A DNA stretch of 64,000 bases from an uncultured virus (IMG/VR IMGVR_UViG_3300006925_000013) (Duplodnaviria; Heunggongvirae; Uroviricota; Caudoviricetes). The first letter of the stretch is position 1. Each line of letters starts with the position of its first letter. Shown here piece by piece: positions 29,311 through 40,223 of the stretch. The position numbers and the translations under genes are program-made. The notes under the pieces were generated by a model that was given only the letters and a program-made list of their open reading frames with translations, ran no database searches and was not told the DNA's origin. The stretch covers positions 1 through 64,000 of IMG/VR virus record IMGVR_UViG_3300006925_000013; one strand, written 5' to 3'.

Positions 29311-29670
29311 ATGAGAAGAACATTAGAAATGCTAGGAAACTCAAGCGATAACATGAGTTTAACCGGCGACAAAATCAAAGCAGATAGTTATTTCGGTTAT
29401 ACGGACGGAATTCACTCCGTTAGTGTAAAGTTAAATGCTTTTGTAGGCAAGATTAAACTGCAAGGCACACTATCATTAACCCCTGAATCAGCCGATTGGG
29501 GAGATATTAAACTAATTGAAAAAGCATCTGCAACTACAGGCACAGAAATTCACACATTTAAGGGTAATTATGTATACCTAAGAGCCGTTCTAGATAGAAC
29601 AGGAGTCGGCGATGGTAGTACATACGAGTCATCTTACGGTAGTATCTCACAAATTTTATTAAGCAATTAA
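29311..29670 (+). CDS. hypothetical, probably structural protein
   Basis: Late promoter and GAGG SD; beta-rich. Confidence 0.65.
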   Translation: MRRTLEMLGNSSDNMSLTGDKIKADSYFGYTDGIHSVSVKLNAFVGKIKLQGTLSLTPESADWGDIKLIEKASATTGTEIHTFKGNYVYLRAVLDRTGVGDGSTYESSYGSISQILLSN

Positions 29671-29721
29671 ATCAACTTAGTTGATAAATACATTATAATT
29701 GCAAATTAGAATAGGAATACT

Positions 29722-32700
29722 ATGCCAAATGTAACAGGAGATAATTTAACTTTTAATATAGACGGGATCACCGATAATCAGATCCTAGTTTACGATTCTG
29801 CACAAGGAATTTTTGTAGCACAAGATAGTTTGTCTTCAGATGCCAATGCCGCCGTTACTGGTGGTGCTAATGTTGGTGCTTCAGGCATTGGACTATTCTC
29901 AGCAAAAGACGGTTCACAATTAAACTTTAAAAAGATACAAGGCTCAGGTGCAACAACTGTAACTGAATCTGCAAACGTTATTACTGTTTCCTCAACAGCA
30001 TATACACTACCAACACCATTAAGCATTCACAATGTGAATGGCAATACAAATATCTTCTCAGGTAGAAACTTTGGTGATAATGCTAATATCACAGCATACG
30101 CAGGTATATTAAATAACGCAAACTATCCTACTAACAGTCAAAGTGCAGGATTTGATGCTAAAACAAGATTTGTTATTAGTTCAAACGATGCCGCAGATGT
30201 AGAACTTAGTTCACAACATAGTTTAATATTAGGAACAAAAAGCACAGATGGTCATATTGAAGTTAGAAGTGCAAACAGTACTGTATTTTATGTAGGTAGT
30301 GCAAGTAGTACAACACCAGCATTAAAAATAAATTCTAATAGAAGTACAACATTTGCTAACGCATTTACATTACCAACATCAGATGGTACTAACGGACAAG
30401 TACTTGTAACAAATGGTTCAGGTGGTGTTAGTTGGACAACATTACAAACTGGTGGTTTAACTGCTAGTCAACTAACTGCCAACTTAGCAAATTATATTCC
30501 TAAGAGTGCCACAAGTGCACCAGATACAACAATGTCATATGACATTGGTAACAGCAATTACAAATATTTAAATATATTTGCAAACAGATTTAGAGGAACA
30601 GCAGACTCGGCCATTAGATTAGAAGATGGCTCAACTATTATTACAGCGGCAACATTAGCAAACGCAGTCAACAAAACAAATAATTTAAGTGACTTACCAG
30701 ATGCCGCAACAGCAAGAACAAATTTAGGTGTTTACAGCAAAGCAGAAGTTGATGCCAATATTGCATCAGCACAATTACAAAATGCTATAAGCACAGTTAC
30801 TAGTGTTGGCTCAGCAAATACAATCAGTGCCACAAGTGCCACCCACGCAATTAGATTTGAGGGCGGAACAGGTATTGATGTAAATCAATATACAGCCAAC
30901 AATACTATACAGATTTCAAAAACAGATGCTATCACAGGCGTATTTAAAAACGTCGATGTAGATGGCACACTTCTTATTGCAGATAACAATAATGATACAT
31001 TAAATTTAGTTAGCGGTAGTAATGTAAGTTTTACTGCTAATCCAGGAACAGATTCAATTATAATTGATGCTACATTAAATGATAGTAGTATTGACAAGTA
31101 CACTAAAGCAGAAGTTAATACAGCAATTACCTCTAATGTATCTGCATTAAGATATTATAAGAGTTTTACAGGCGATTCAGGTTCAACAGATGCTAGTGCC
31201 AAAGACGATACATTTAATATTGTTGGTGGTACAGGTATAACAACATCAGTTACAGGCGATACAGTAACAATTAATAATACCCAACTAAATGATGGTATAT
31301 TTAAAAATATTAGTGTTGCTGGACAAGACTTAATTATTGCAGAAAATAATCAAGATACATTAAATTTTGTAGCAGGTAGCGGTATTTCGATTACTGCTGA
31401 TGCAAGTACTGATACTATTACAATTAATAACACAGGCAGTGGCGGAGGCGGTGGAGCCGGCGAAGCATTTAAAACTGTAAGTGTACAAGGTGGTAATAGT
31501 GTAGTAGCAAATGTAGCCGCAGACCAATTAACATTTATAGCAGGTGCTAATGCAACAATATCAGCAGATAGCAATGCTCAAACAATTACAATCGATGCTA
31601 CCGGTTCAGGTTCAGGAGTCAAAGGTGATACTGGAGCAACTGGCCCAGCAGGTAGTGATGGGGCAAAAGGACAAAAGGGTGAAGTAGGAGAGACTGGCGC
31701 AACAGGAGCCACAGGTCCACAAGGAAATGTAGGTAATACAGGACCTGCAGGAGCCAATGGAGACAAAGGTTCAAAAGGAGATCAAGGTGCCCAGGGAACA
31801 ACTGGTGCAACTGGAGATAAAGGTGCACAAGGAGATGTTGGACCAACAGGACCAGCAGGTGCAACTGGACCAGCAGGAAACGATGGAGCAAAAGGCGAAG
31901 TTGGCCCACAAGGACCACAAGGAACTGCCGGAGATAAAGGAGCCACTGGAGCAACAGGACCTCAAGGAGATGCAGGACCAACAGGACCACAAGGAACTGC
32001 TGGAGATAAAGGTGAAGTTGGAGCAACTGGACCACAAGGACAAAAAGGTGAAATAGGTGCTGGTACTAACCAAACACTAAGTATGACAGGTAATGTCATT
32101 TCAATTAGTGGCGGTAGTAGTAATGTTGATATAAGTTCAGCATTAGATAGTGTTGATGCCTCAGTTGCCGTTGCAAATGTTTCCCCAAGTGGTGGCTCTG
32201 AAGGCGACTTATGGTGGGCAAGTGATGACGGTGATCTATACATTTATTATGATAGTTCATGGGTAGCGGCCTCATCAGCAGGAGATAAAGGACAAAAAGG
32301 TGATACTGGACAAAAAGGTGAAACTGGAGCCACAGGTGCTCAAGGTACAACTGGTGCTCAAGGTGTAGCAGGTCCAACAGGTCCACAAGGATCAAAAGGT
32401 GATATAGGTCCACAAGGTTCAACTGGTGCTCAAGGTGCCACAGGACCTCAAGGTGCTCAAGGACAGAAGGGAGCCACAGGTGCTGATAGTACAGTAGCAG
32501 GTCCAACAGGACCAGCAGGAGCAACAGGACCAGCAGGTCCAACAGGTCCTCAGGGAGATGCTGGTAACGATGGAGCCAAAGGACAAAAAGGAGAATTAGG
32601 ACCACAAGGTGCAACTGGACCACAGGGTGGACAGGGTACTAAAGGTGAAGTAGGTCCACAGGGTTCAGCAGGTGCTACAGGACCAACAGGACCTCAAGGT

Positions 32701-33399
32701 AACGTAGGACCAGTAGGTCCAACAGGAAGTAAGGGTGACAAAGGTGAATTAGGTGGCCCAACTGGACCGACAGGTGATAAAGGACAAAAAGGTGACACTG
32801 GACCACAGGGTACAGCAGGTAGTGACGGTAATGCAGGTCCAACAGGTCCACAAGGACCAACAGGTGCTAAGGGTGAACCAAGTACAGTAGCAGGTCCACA
32901 AGGACCAGCAGGATCAGATGGAGCAGATGGATCAGATGGTGCGGCTGGAGATAAAGGACAAAAAGGTGAGCCAGGTGGCGGCGGAGGCGGCGGTTCCGTA
33001 ACACGTGGTAACACTTATGAAAGAATGAAACTCAATTACAGTACGTCAGGCGCACTATCAAGTATATCAGATACTACAGCAGGCATTAATGCTACAACAA
33101 TTACCAGCGATACAGGTGCTGAGATTGAAGTACAGTTTACAGGATTTGATTATCCACCAGTAGCAATTATGGCCCATGGTTATCAATATGCGTCAAACAA
33201 ATACAGCATGAATGCTGTTAGTGGTGACTGGACAACAAGAACAGTAGACGGCGGCGGAAGCAGTGGATCTCCAACAGCATTTGGAAGTTTCTCAAGTGAT
33301 GCTAACGTAGACTTGAAAGTCACAGAAGCGATAACAGGAGCAAGTAGATCGTTTGGAACAAGCACCCATGCTTGGATTACGTTTGTGATGGCGGAGTAA
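29722..33399 (+). CDS. collagen-repeat tail fibre/virion surface protein
   Basis: Repeated FKxxxVxG...DTLN.V.G units and two long Gly-X-Y tracts. Confidence 0.85.
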   Translation: MPNVTGDNLTFNIDGITDNQILVYDSAQGIFVAQDSLSSDANAAVTGGANVGASGIGLFSAKDGSQLNFKKIQGSGATTVTESANVITVSSTAYTLPTPLSIHNVNGNTNIFSGRNFGDNANITAYAGILNNANYPTNSQSAGFDAKTRFVISSNDAADVELSSQHSLILGTKSTDGHIEVRSANSTVFYVGSASSTTPALKINSNRSTTFANAFTLPTSDGTNGQVLVTNGSGGVSWTTLQTGGLTASQLTANLANYIPKSATSAPDTTMSYDIGNSNYKYLNIFANRFRGTADSAIRLEDGSTIITAATLANAVNKTNNLSDLPDAATARTNLGVYSKAEVDANIASAQLQNAISTVTSVGSANTISATSATHAIRFEGGTGIDVNQYTANNTIQISKTDAITGVFKNVDVDGTLLIADNNNDTLNLVSGSNVSFTANPGTDSIIIDATLNDSSIDKYTKAEVNTAITSNVSALRYYKSFTGDSGSTDASAKDDTFNIVGGTGITTSVTGDTVTINNTQLNDGIFKNISVAGQDLIIAENNQDTLNFVAGSGISITADASTDTITINNTGSGGGGGAGEAFKTVSVQGGNSVVANVAADQLTFIAGANATISADSNAQTITIDATGSGSGVKGDTGATGPAGSDGAKGQKGEVGETGATGATGPQGNVGNTGPAGANGDKGSKGDQGAQGTTGATGDKGAQGDVGPTGPAGATGPAGNDGAKGEVGPQGPQGTAGDKGATGATGPQGDAGPTGPQGTAGDKGEVGATGPQGQKGEIGAGTNQTLSMTGNVISISGGSSNVDISSALDSVDASVAVANVSPSGGSEGDLWWASDDGDLYIYYDSSWVAASSAGDKGQKGDTGQKGETGATGAQGTTGAQGVAGPTGPQGSKGDIGPQGSTGAQGATGPQGAQGQKGATGADSTVAGPTGPAGATGPAGPTGPQGDAGNDGAKGQKGELGPQGATGPQGGQGTKGEVGPQGSAGATGPTGPQGNVGPVGPTGSKGDKGELGGPTGPTGDKGQKGDTGPQGTAGSDGNAGPTGPQGPTGAKGEPSTVAGPQGPAGSDGADGSDGAAGDKGQKGEPGGGGGGGSVTRGNTYERMKLNYSTSGALSSISDTTAGINATTITSDTGAEIEVQFTGFDYPPVAIMAHGYQYASNKYSMNAVSGDWTTRTVDGGGSSGSPTAFGSFSSDANVDLKVTEAITGASRSFGTSTHAWITFVMAE
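31615..32975 (+). repeat. Gly-X-Y collagen codon repeats (two tracts, about 31615-32060 and 32281-32975)
   Basis: GPTGPQG/GDKGQKG units with 9-nt periodicity. Confidence 0.9.
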
Positions 33400-33403
33400 T
33401 ACT

Positions 33404-35416
33404 ATGTCTTATAAGACTAGTCAAATAGAACTCAATGTACCAAATAAAGTTTTAGGTGTTAATGTAACTAGCATTACTGGTAAAACTGTATGGCCACATG
33501 CTAACGGTTCAGCAGACAGATGGTACTCAGGTGGTAGTTCCCCAAAAAATTATCAATGGACTATTGTGTTTTCAGTTACATCTCAATCACATGGTTCTCA
33601 CTTAACAAGAAAAGACAGAGAGTTTAACGGACTTGATGTAGCAGTTGGCGACTGGGTAGCAGGAGCAACTGACGGTAAGTGTTTAAAAATTATTTCAGTT
33701 GACAGCAAAAGTGCTAGTTCAGTAACATGTGTTGTTGAAGACGTAGCACGTTACAATACATTTAAAAGTAATACAGGACTTGGTATATTCAATAGTGGTA
33801 GTGCTGTAGTGTTCACACTAAACGAAAGTGGACACCCAATGTTAGATCCACTTCCAACTGGTATTGTTAGTTCGGACTTTTACGCAAACGTAAACAGTAG
33901 ATTTCAATACTTAAATCCACAATTAAATTACTTATTAGAAAAGACAGCACACGGTTTTAGTGTAGGTGATGTTATAGCAGTCAGTGATACAGGAGATTTT
34001 GTTAAGGCAAATGCCGCTCTAGTAAGTAAGAGTTTTGGTGTTGTAGTAGAGAATGGCCCAGGACCTAACGCATTTATGGTGTCACCTAATAACAGAATTA
34101 TAGACTTTGTACCAGCAATACCAGGTTCAGCAGGAGATTTTATTTACGCAGATACAGATGGAGACTTAACTACATCTGATACAGGTAAAATAATGTTCTT
34201 AAAGATTGCTAATGCTGTAGAAACAAGCACAACTGGTTCAGCAATAAACCCAACAATACCAGATGGTACAGTTGTTAAATTTAATGGTGTAAGTCACACA
34301 TTTAATGGAGCAGGCTTTAGTAGTACATTATCAGAAACTGTAAGTCAAATAAATGGACTTAGTGGTACAAGTATAACAGCAGATACATCACCGGCACCAA
34401 CAACTGTGACTTCAAGTGCTAGTGGAACAGCATACGGACTAGTTGGCGGTTATACAACATTTAGTGCTATTTTTAATGGCGGTAGTGGTAATACAACAGT
34501 AAACTTTACTACTAATGCCGCAGGACAAAGTGCATACGGTATAGCAGTTGCTATTCCAGAAGACATGGCAACAGATATTAATGCCGCAAGTATTCCTAAT
34601 TTGACTGCTACATTTACTAGTAGTGCATTAACACTCACAGAAGCAAACGGTAATGCTATAAACATCTTTAATAATTCTAATGATACTAACGGTAATCCAT
34701 TTGTAGGTAGTAGTAATGTTTCTGGGTTACCTTCTTTTACATCAGCAAGTACAGGTAGTAAACTAAAACTTACTAGAACTGATGGTGGGCCAATTGATAT
34801 TTACGATAGCACAGGTAACTTTGAAAACAACGCAGGTATTTTCAGTGTACACAATGGAATGTTCCCATTAGCAATGAATGTAGAACAAGGTATTAGAAGT
34901 GCTAGTGTAACAGTAGTATCAGATATAAGTGCTAGAAATTCACTATCACCTACAACAGGTGACCAAGCATACGTTATAGATAACGGTGTTGGTGAGTGGG
35001 CATTATACTTATATGATGGTAGTAGTTGGACTAAGGTAAGTGACCAGGATAGTGCTAATACCGACGCACAGACGCTCACATACAACGTAACAGCACCAGT
35101 AGGAGGCTTTGGTAACAGTCAAAATTATGACTTAGGTAATGTATCGCCAGGTGGTAAAATACAAAGTGTTAGTGTCGAAGTACACACAGCATTCACAGGT
35201 GGTTCACAAGAAGCCACAATGGAAGTTGGTACCACAGTAGATACAGATTTCTTACATGGACAGGACGATAACGATCCTGGCTCAGCAGGCGGATACATAA
35301 CAAATCCAGAGTATGTATGGCCTTCTTCTAATACAGATGAATTAGAAGTAAACTTCAGAATCAATCATTACGGCGCAACAGCCGGTAATGCCACTGTTAA
35401 AGTCACATACGTTTAA
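33404..35416 (+). CDS. putative virion structural protein
   Basis: S/T/G-rich, follows fibre gene. Confidence 0.7.
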   Translation: MSYKTSQIELNVPNKVLGVNVTSITGKTVWPHANGSADRWYSGGSSPKNYQWTIVFSVTSQSHGSHLTRKDREFNGLDVAVGDWVAGATDGKCLKIISVDSKSASSVTCVVEDVARYNTFKSNTGLGIFNSGSAVVFTLNESGHPMLDPLPTGIVSSDFYANVNSRFQYLNPQLNYLLEKTAHGFSVGDVIAVSDTGDFVKANAALVSKSFGVVVENGPGPNAFMVSPNNRIIDFVPAIPGSAGDFIYADTDGDLTTSDTGKIMFLKIANAVETSTTGSAINPTIPDGTVVKFNGVSHTFNGAGFSSTLSETVSQINGLSGTSITADTSPAPTTVTSSASGTAYGLVGGYTTFSAIFNGGSGNTTVNFTTNAAGQSAYGIAVAIPEDMATDINAASIPNLTATFTSSALTLTEANGNAINIFNNSNDTNGNPFVGSSNVSGLPSFTSASTGSKLKLTRTDGGPIDIYDSTGNFENNAGIFSVHNGMFPLAMNVEQGIRSASVTVVSDISARNSLSPTTGDQAYVIDNGVGEWALYLYDGSSWTKVSDQDSANTDAQTLTYNVTAPVGGFGNSQNYDLGNVSPGGKIQSVSVEVHTAFTGGSQEATMEVGTTVDTDFLHGQDDNDPGSAGGYITNPEYVWPSSNTDELEVNFRINHYGATAGNATVKVTYV

Positions 35417-35571
35417 AAAAAGCACAGAAATTTTAAGGTATTTAAAGGCCAGTTTTTCTGGTTCAAAGATAAATAGTAGTACACAATACATCAACACACA
35501 TTATTCCGGAACAATGTAAAAATTGAAAGAGGGAGTTGAATACCCTCAAAAACTCCAAGGAGAAAATCAAA

Positions 35572-37320
35572 ATGGCAGATGTAAAGAATTTTGGTCTAAA
35601 AGGTATATCCAACGATGTACAACTTGGCAAAGGTGGTGGACGATTTAAGTGGGTAAGTGCTAATGATAGATACGAATTCACAGGGTCAGATGGTTCAACA
35701 CTTAAGGCTATTAGAGCCGCCAACGTTGACGTTCAAGGATCATTACTTTCAGACGATATAACATCAAGTAGTGTTACTGTTAACGGTGACGCAGTCATTA
35801 CAGGTGACTTAACGGTTAATGGTGCAACCACAACTGTTAGTTCAACTAATACAACAATCAGTGATGCCTTACTAGAATTAGGAACAGGCACAACTGGTAC
35901 ACCTTCAAACGACGTCGGTCTTGTTATCGAAAGAGGCGACAGCGACAACGTATTTTTAGGTTGGGACGAATCAGCAGATAAAGTAGTATTTGGAACAGGA
36001 TCTTTCACAGGTTCTTCAACAGGTGCTTTAACTTATACTGCGGCTGACATGCAGGCGGCTGGAATCACAGGTTCTAGTTTTACTGGTGCCAGTGGTGCGT
36101 CAATCACAGCATTCCTAGATGAAGATAATATGTCTTCAGATAGTGCTACTGCTGTACCAACTCAACAAAGTGTGAAGGCTTATGTTGATGGCGAAGTTAC
36201 TACTTTAAACAGTACTATTACAACAGCAAACAGTAACATGCTCACGTATGTAAATACTGCTAACACTGAAATGAAAGCATACGTCGATGGCTTAGACAGA
36301 GACGATGACTTAGCATTTACTGGTGACGACGGTACAGGAAGAACTCTAGACTTAGATACTGGTACATTAACTATCGCAGGTGGAACTGGAATAACTTCAG
36401 CCTCCGGCGCAAGTAGTGTAACATTAGGTTTAGATAATACAGCCGTTACAGCAGGTGATTACGGTGATGCTTCTAATGTAGCAACTTTTACAGTTGATGC
36501 ACAAGGTCGTATAACAGCGGCGGCAGAAGTATCAATTGCAACATCATTGACTATCCAGTCAGATGATGCGGCTGATAACGTAGTTGCATTAGCAAGTGAC
36601 AAGTTAAAACTATTAGGTGGAAGAAACATTACTTCAAGTAACACAAATGATGACGTTACTTTTGCAATGGATCAAACATTATCAGATATGACAGCAGGTA
36701 CATTTAGTGGATCACTACAAGGTGGTACATTAACAGACGGAACTGCTTCTATTAATTCTGGTAGTGCTACTGGACTAGTAAACGTAACTGCTTCAGGAAT
36801 TGTATCTTTTGGTACATTAACTGACAGTGGTGAAAGTATTGCAGTAACTAAGTTCGTTGATGAAGCAGACGGAATTAGTAGTAACGATAACGATACTACT
36901 TTACCAACATCAGCGGCAGTTAAAGACTATGTTGATAACAACGGTGGTGACGGTCTTACATTAAGAGCAAGTTTCACAGCAAACAGCAGTGACTCTTCTT
37001 TTGATATAGGTACTGTACCTAACGTATCAGGAAGAACATATTACGCAAGTAGAGTGATTCTTAATGTTACAACATTGATAGCAGGTGGTTCAGTTGACGG
37101 TATGTTAGTTAAAGATAACGCAGGTGCAGGTAATGTACTAGCGGCTCATACAACTAACGACGTTGCAGTTGGAACTTATGTTATTGACTTACCTTTTGCA
37201 AGTTCGCTAACTAAAAATGCGGCAGTACAACTTGAGTTCGTTCAAAGTGACGGATCAACAAGTGCTACACCTACAGCAGGTGTTGTAACAGGTGTTGTTG
37301 AATACAAGTATGTTGTTTAA
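35572..37320 (+). CDS. putative tail fibre/virion structural protein
   Basis: AAGGAG SD at ATG 35572; GDLTVNG.TT, IERG...WDES, VPTQQSVKAYVD, VDAQGRIT motifs. Confidence 0.75.
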   Translation: MADVKNFGLKGISNDVQLGKGGGRFKWVSANDRYEFTGSDGSTLKAIRAANVDVQGSLLSDDITSSSVTVNGDAVITGDLTVNGATTTVSSTNTTISDALLELGTGTTGTPSNDVGLVIERGDSDNVFLGWDESADKVVFGTGSFTGSSTGALTYTAADMQAAGITGSSFTGASGASITAFLDEDNMSSDSATAVPTQQSVKAYVDGEVTTLNSTITTANSNMLTYVNTANTEMKAYVDGLDRDDDLAFTGDDGTGRTLDLDTGTLTIAGGTGITSASGASSVTLGLDNTAVTAGDYGDASNVATFTVDAQGRITAAAEVSIATSLTIQSDDAADNVVALASDKLKLLGGRNITSSNTNDDVTFAMDQTLSDMTAGTFSGSLQGGTLTDGTASINSGSATGLVNVTASGIVSFGTLTDSGESIAVTKFVDEADGISSNDNDTTLPTSAAVKDYVDNNGGDGLTLRASFTANSSDSSFDIGTVPNVSGRTYYASRVILNVTTLIAGGSVDGMLVKDNAGAGNVLAAHTTNDVAVGTYVIDLPFASSLTKNAAVQLEFVQSDGSTSATPTAGVVTGVVEYKYVV

Positions 37321-37353
37321 TCGTTTAGTTTAGACTAATCAAAATAAACATTG

Positions 37354-37381
37354 GAAAAGCGGCTTCGGTCGCTTTTCTTTT
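37354..37381 (+). terminator. intrinsic terminator with TTCG loop
   Basis: GAAAAGCGGC-TTCG-GTCGCTTTTC-TTTT. Confidence 0.85.
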
Positions 37382-37384
37382 GAC

Positions 37385-37413
37385 TTGACACAGAGGATAA
37401 AAGAATGTATAAT
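37385..37413 (+). promoter_or_regulatory. sigma70-type promoter
   Basis: TTGACA-17-TATAAT. Confidence 0.8.
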
Positions 37414-37419
37414 ACATGT

Positions 37420-38016
37420 ATGAAAAATAAAGTTATATTAACAGACTGCGACGGTGTGGTATTAGATTGGGAGTTTGCATTCCATAATTGGATGGAACAC
37501 AGAGGACACTTCCCAGTAGAAAATCACAGATTACATTACAGCATTAGAGAAAAGTTTGATCTTAGAAACGACTCTACTGGTGATCAAGTAATTAAAAATT
37601 TTAATGAAAGTGCGGCAATTGGATTTTTGCCTCCACTTAGAGATGCTCAATACTTTGTTAAAAAGTTACATGAGCAACATCAATATCAATTTGTAGCAAT
37701 TACAAGTTTGAGTTTAGACCCTTATGCACAAGAACTTAGAACTAAGAACTTGAATAAACTGTTTGGTGACGACTGTTTTAAAGAAGTTATTTGTTTAGAT
37801 ACAGGTGCAGACAAGGATGAAATATTACTAGAGTTTGGTAAAAAATATCCTGGAGCATACTGGATTGAAGACAAGCCACAGAATGTTGATTGGGGCATAG
37901 ATGCTGGTCTAAAAGGTATCTTAGTTGAACATGGACACAATATGCATTACAAAGGTGATGCAAGTGTATGTAAAAACTGGGAAGAAATATACAATTTAAT
38001 TGTAAAAACCGGTTGA
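37420..38016 (+). CDS. HAD-superfamily hydrolase (5'-nucleotidase-like)
   Basis: DCDGVVLD motif I, ITS, WIEDK. Confidence 0.8.
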   Translation: MKNKVILTDCDGVVLDWEFAFHNWMEHRGHFPVENHRLHYSIREKFDLRNDSTGDQVIKNFNESAAIGFLPPLRDAQYFVKKLHEQHQYQFVAITSLSLDPYAQELRTKNLNKLFGDDCFKEVICLDTGADKDEILLEFGKKYPGAYWIEDKPQNVDWGIDAGLKGILVEHGHNMHYKGDASVCKNWEEIYNLIVKTG

Positions 38017-38054
38017 CCTCGACCCTAGAATTTGCTATAATATATACATAATTT
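38011..38054 (+). promoter_or_regulatory. early-type promoter GGTTGAC-N-TATAATATATACATA
   Basis: TTGACC-17-TATAAT with extended tail shared with 62557 and 63282. Confidence 0.75.
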
Positions 38055-38081
38055 AGCAAAAACAGACGGTAGGAGGTCTTT

Positions 38082-38456
38082 ATGCAAAACTTAAATACAA
38101 CAAATCAAAGCAAAGATAAAATTACAGCACCACTAGGTTACTGGATTAGTTCGCTTACTTTGATTGACAAGGCATTGCCTAGTTACAATATCCAACTTAC
38201 TGGATTAGAAAGCATGTGGTACAATCACGAAGAAAACATTGATCACCCAGAAGGTAGCGAATATCCAACTGGTGTCAATACTGCTCACAGAAATGTGATG
38301 GTGAAAAGAGTATGTGATAGTGTTTATGCTAGAACAGGTATCAACCCTGCAGATTATTCAAATGTTATTCATGCAAGTACATCACCTGGTAGAAACAAAG
38401 ATGGCAGTTTCAGAGATGATGTTGTTGAAGGTAGATATGTTTTGAGGAATGTGTAA
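38082..38456 (+). CDS. hypothetical early protein
   Basis: AGGAGG SD. Confidence 0.7.
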   Translation: MQNLNTTNQSKDKITAPLGYWISSLTLIDKALPSYNIQLTGLESMWYNHEENIDHPEGSEYPTGVNTAHRNVMVKRVCDSVYARTGINPADYSNVIHASTSPGRNKDGSFRDDVVEGRYVLRNV

Positions 38457-38713
38457 TGGAACTTTTAGAAATTAAACAAGCAATTAAAAACGGTAACTTT
38501 AGTTTGTCAGAACTTAACGAACTAAGTGCATTTACCAATTCTGTTAAAACACTTAATGCTAAAGCAAGTCTAAGTGTCGGCGACAATGTATTTGTTGTTC
38601 AAAAAACAAAACGCACACCTGGTGTTATTACCAAAGTGAATGTTAAGAAGGCTATTGTAGATATGCGAGGCCGTTCATATAGTGTTCCACTTTCAATGAT
38701 AGAGGCCGCTTAA
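38456..38713 (+). CDS. hypothetical protein, SH3/KOW-like C-terminus
   Basis: LSVGDNV...GVITKVNVKKAIV. Confidence 0.65.
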   Translation: MELLEIKQAIKNGNFSLSELNELSAFTNSVKTLNAKASLSVGDNVFVVQKTKRTPGVITKVNVKKAIVDMRGRSYSVPLSMIEAA

Positions 38714-39462
38714 TGAATATTAAGAAAGCAAGAACAGGTAAATGGTTTGAGGATCAGTATAGTCTTACTGATCTTCTTTCATTGTCAGTAGCAGTAAACA
38801 GAGTAAATGGTGGTTACATCAAAAAGGATGCCAACATCGAAGAAGATGAAAACGGTTATCAAAAGAAATTGCCTAACCTGTTTATTATCAATAACCACTT
38901 AGGTATTGAAAAATTCAAAACATCTCGTATTGATAAAACACTAGATACCTATTACAATGATATCTCAGTTGTTGAAAGCGATAGCGAAAATGTTGAGCAT
39001 ATGATTAAATATTTCAAAGGCCTAAGTCTAAAAGCAATCAAACGTGACATCAGTGACTTTGAAAAATCGATCCTAGGACTTATTAATAAGGAATTTGTTC
39101 AATACAAGGACATTGGTATTATTGCAAGTTTGCCTAGTGTATATGAAAACGGACAAAAGCAACGTGCATTTAACAAAATGGAAAAAGAACTTGCACAACA
39201 AAGTCAGCATGTTGGAAGACTACATGAACGTGAAACATTTAATGTTGAAATACTTCACAAGAAATTTATTTGGAGAAGTAACAGTTATTTGTATGTTGCC
39301 AAAGAAGGCAACTCCAATATTGTAAAATTCTTTTCACAAAAGTCTAATGCTGACGTAGGTGATAGCATTACTATTACTGCATTTGTCAAAGATCATACAA
39401 GTGGCAAAATGTCACGTGGTGCTGAAACTTACTTGAACAGAGTTAAGTTTTCTGAAGAGTAG
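38713..39462 (+). CDS. hypothetical protein with possible OB-fold C-terminus
   Basis: HVG...ITAFVKDH...TYLNRVK. Confidence 0.65.
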   Translation: MNIKKARTGKWFEDQYSLTDLLSLSVAVNRVNGGYIKKDANIEEDENGYQKKLPNLFIINNHLGIEKFKTSRIDKTLDTYYNDISVVESDSENVEHMIKYFKGLSLKAIKRDISDFEKSILGLINKEFVQYKDIGIIASLPSVYENGQKQRAFNKMEKELAQQSQHVGRLHERETFNVEILHKKFIWRSNSYLYVAKEGNSNIVKFFSQKSNADVGDSITITAFVKDHTSGKMSRGAETYLNRVKFSEE

Positions 39463-40111
39463 CAATTAAATAAACCATAACCCTTTGCATAGTGTCCGGT
39501 TCTACAGTAAGGTCCGGGCAACTATGCCAACCTTTACTGCTTCTTGGTAATATGTATGCCCTATTAGGAACATAAGGCATTTGGTGTCCCATTCGTACTA
39601 ATTTACTATCTTCGCCAAATGTAGGATCTAGTCCTTCGTCTATGGCTTGATCATAAGCACAATCAACCTCCCAAAACATAGTACCTGTGTGTGCAAATTC
39701 ATCTGTATCTGCTAATGAATGCTGAACTGTATAATAGTAAGAAGGGTGATCTACGTGAACATCATGTACTGAATTTTTGTTTGTGTCCATCCACATAAAC
39801 GGTTGATTGATGTTTACATTACTTGACATATTCATTACATTACCTATTGCATCTAAAACCTCTTGGTTTCTATACACATATTCTGTGGCTATTTGCAATG
39901 CTTCTTGTGGGTCGTCTGGACCTATATGATACCCATGTCTACCTGGTAGTTCCTCGTTTTGCCATTGATTCCATGGTATACAATTTTGTACCTGTGCGTA
40001 CAAATCAGGGTGCATAAAATTTTCTACATCCATAACGTGTAGTTTATCTGTTTCAATTGGTGCTGTATCTAATATTCTATCTACAGTCCATTTAGTGTAT
40101 TCTGTACTCAT
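39443..40111 (-). CDS. 2OG-Fe(II) oxygenase-like protein
   Basis: HVD, GTMFW, PYVPNRAY, WHS, R; minus-strand late promoter 5 nt upstream. Confidence 0.65.
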   Translation of the reverse strand: MSTEYTKWTVDRILDTAPIETDKLHVMDVENFMHPDLYAQVQNCIPWNQWQNEELPGRHGYHIGPDDPQEALQIATEYVYRNQEVLDAIGNVMNMSSNVNINQPFMWMDTNKNSVHDVHVDHPSYYYTVQHSLADTDEFAHTGTMFWEVDCAYDQAIDEGLDPTFGEDSKLVRMGHQMPYVPNRAYILPRSSKGWHSCPDLTVEPDTMQRVMVYLIATLQKT

Positions 40112-40223
40112 ACATATATTTATAAAAAAGATAAATATAGTTAAGTCCTAATAGGATTTGACTACATGTTTACATGTAGACTAGCAGTATGCTAGACAAG
40201 TACATATTGGAGAGACGTAACTA

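Noticed and set aside
31615..32975. Repeat array resembling CRISPR or a satellite
   Set aside because: Degenerate 9-nt periodicity is fully explained by Gly-X-Y codons; no constant repeat with unique spacers and no cas genes.
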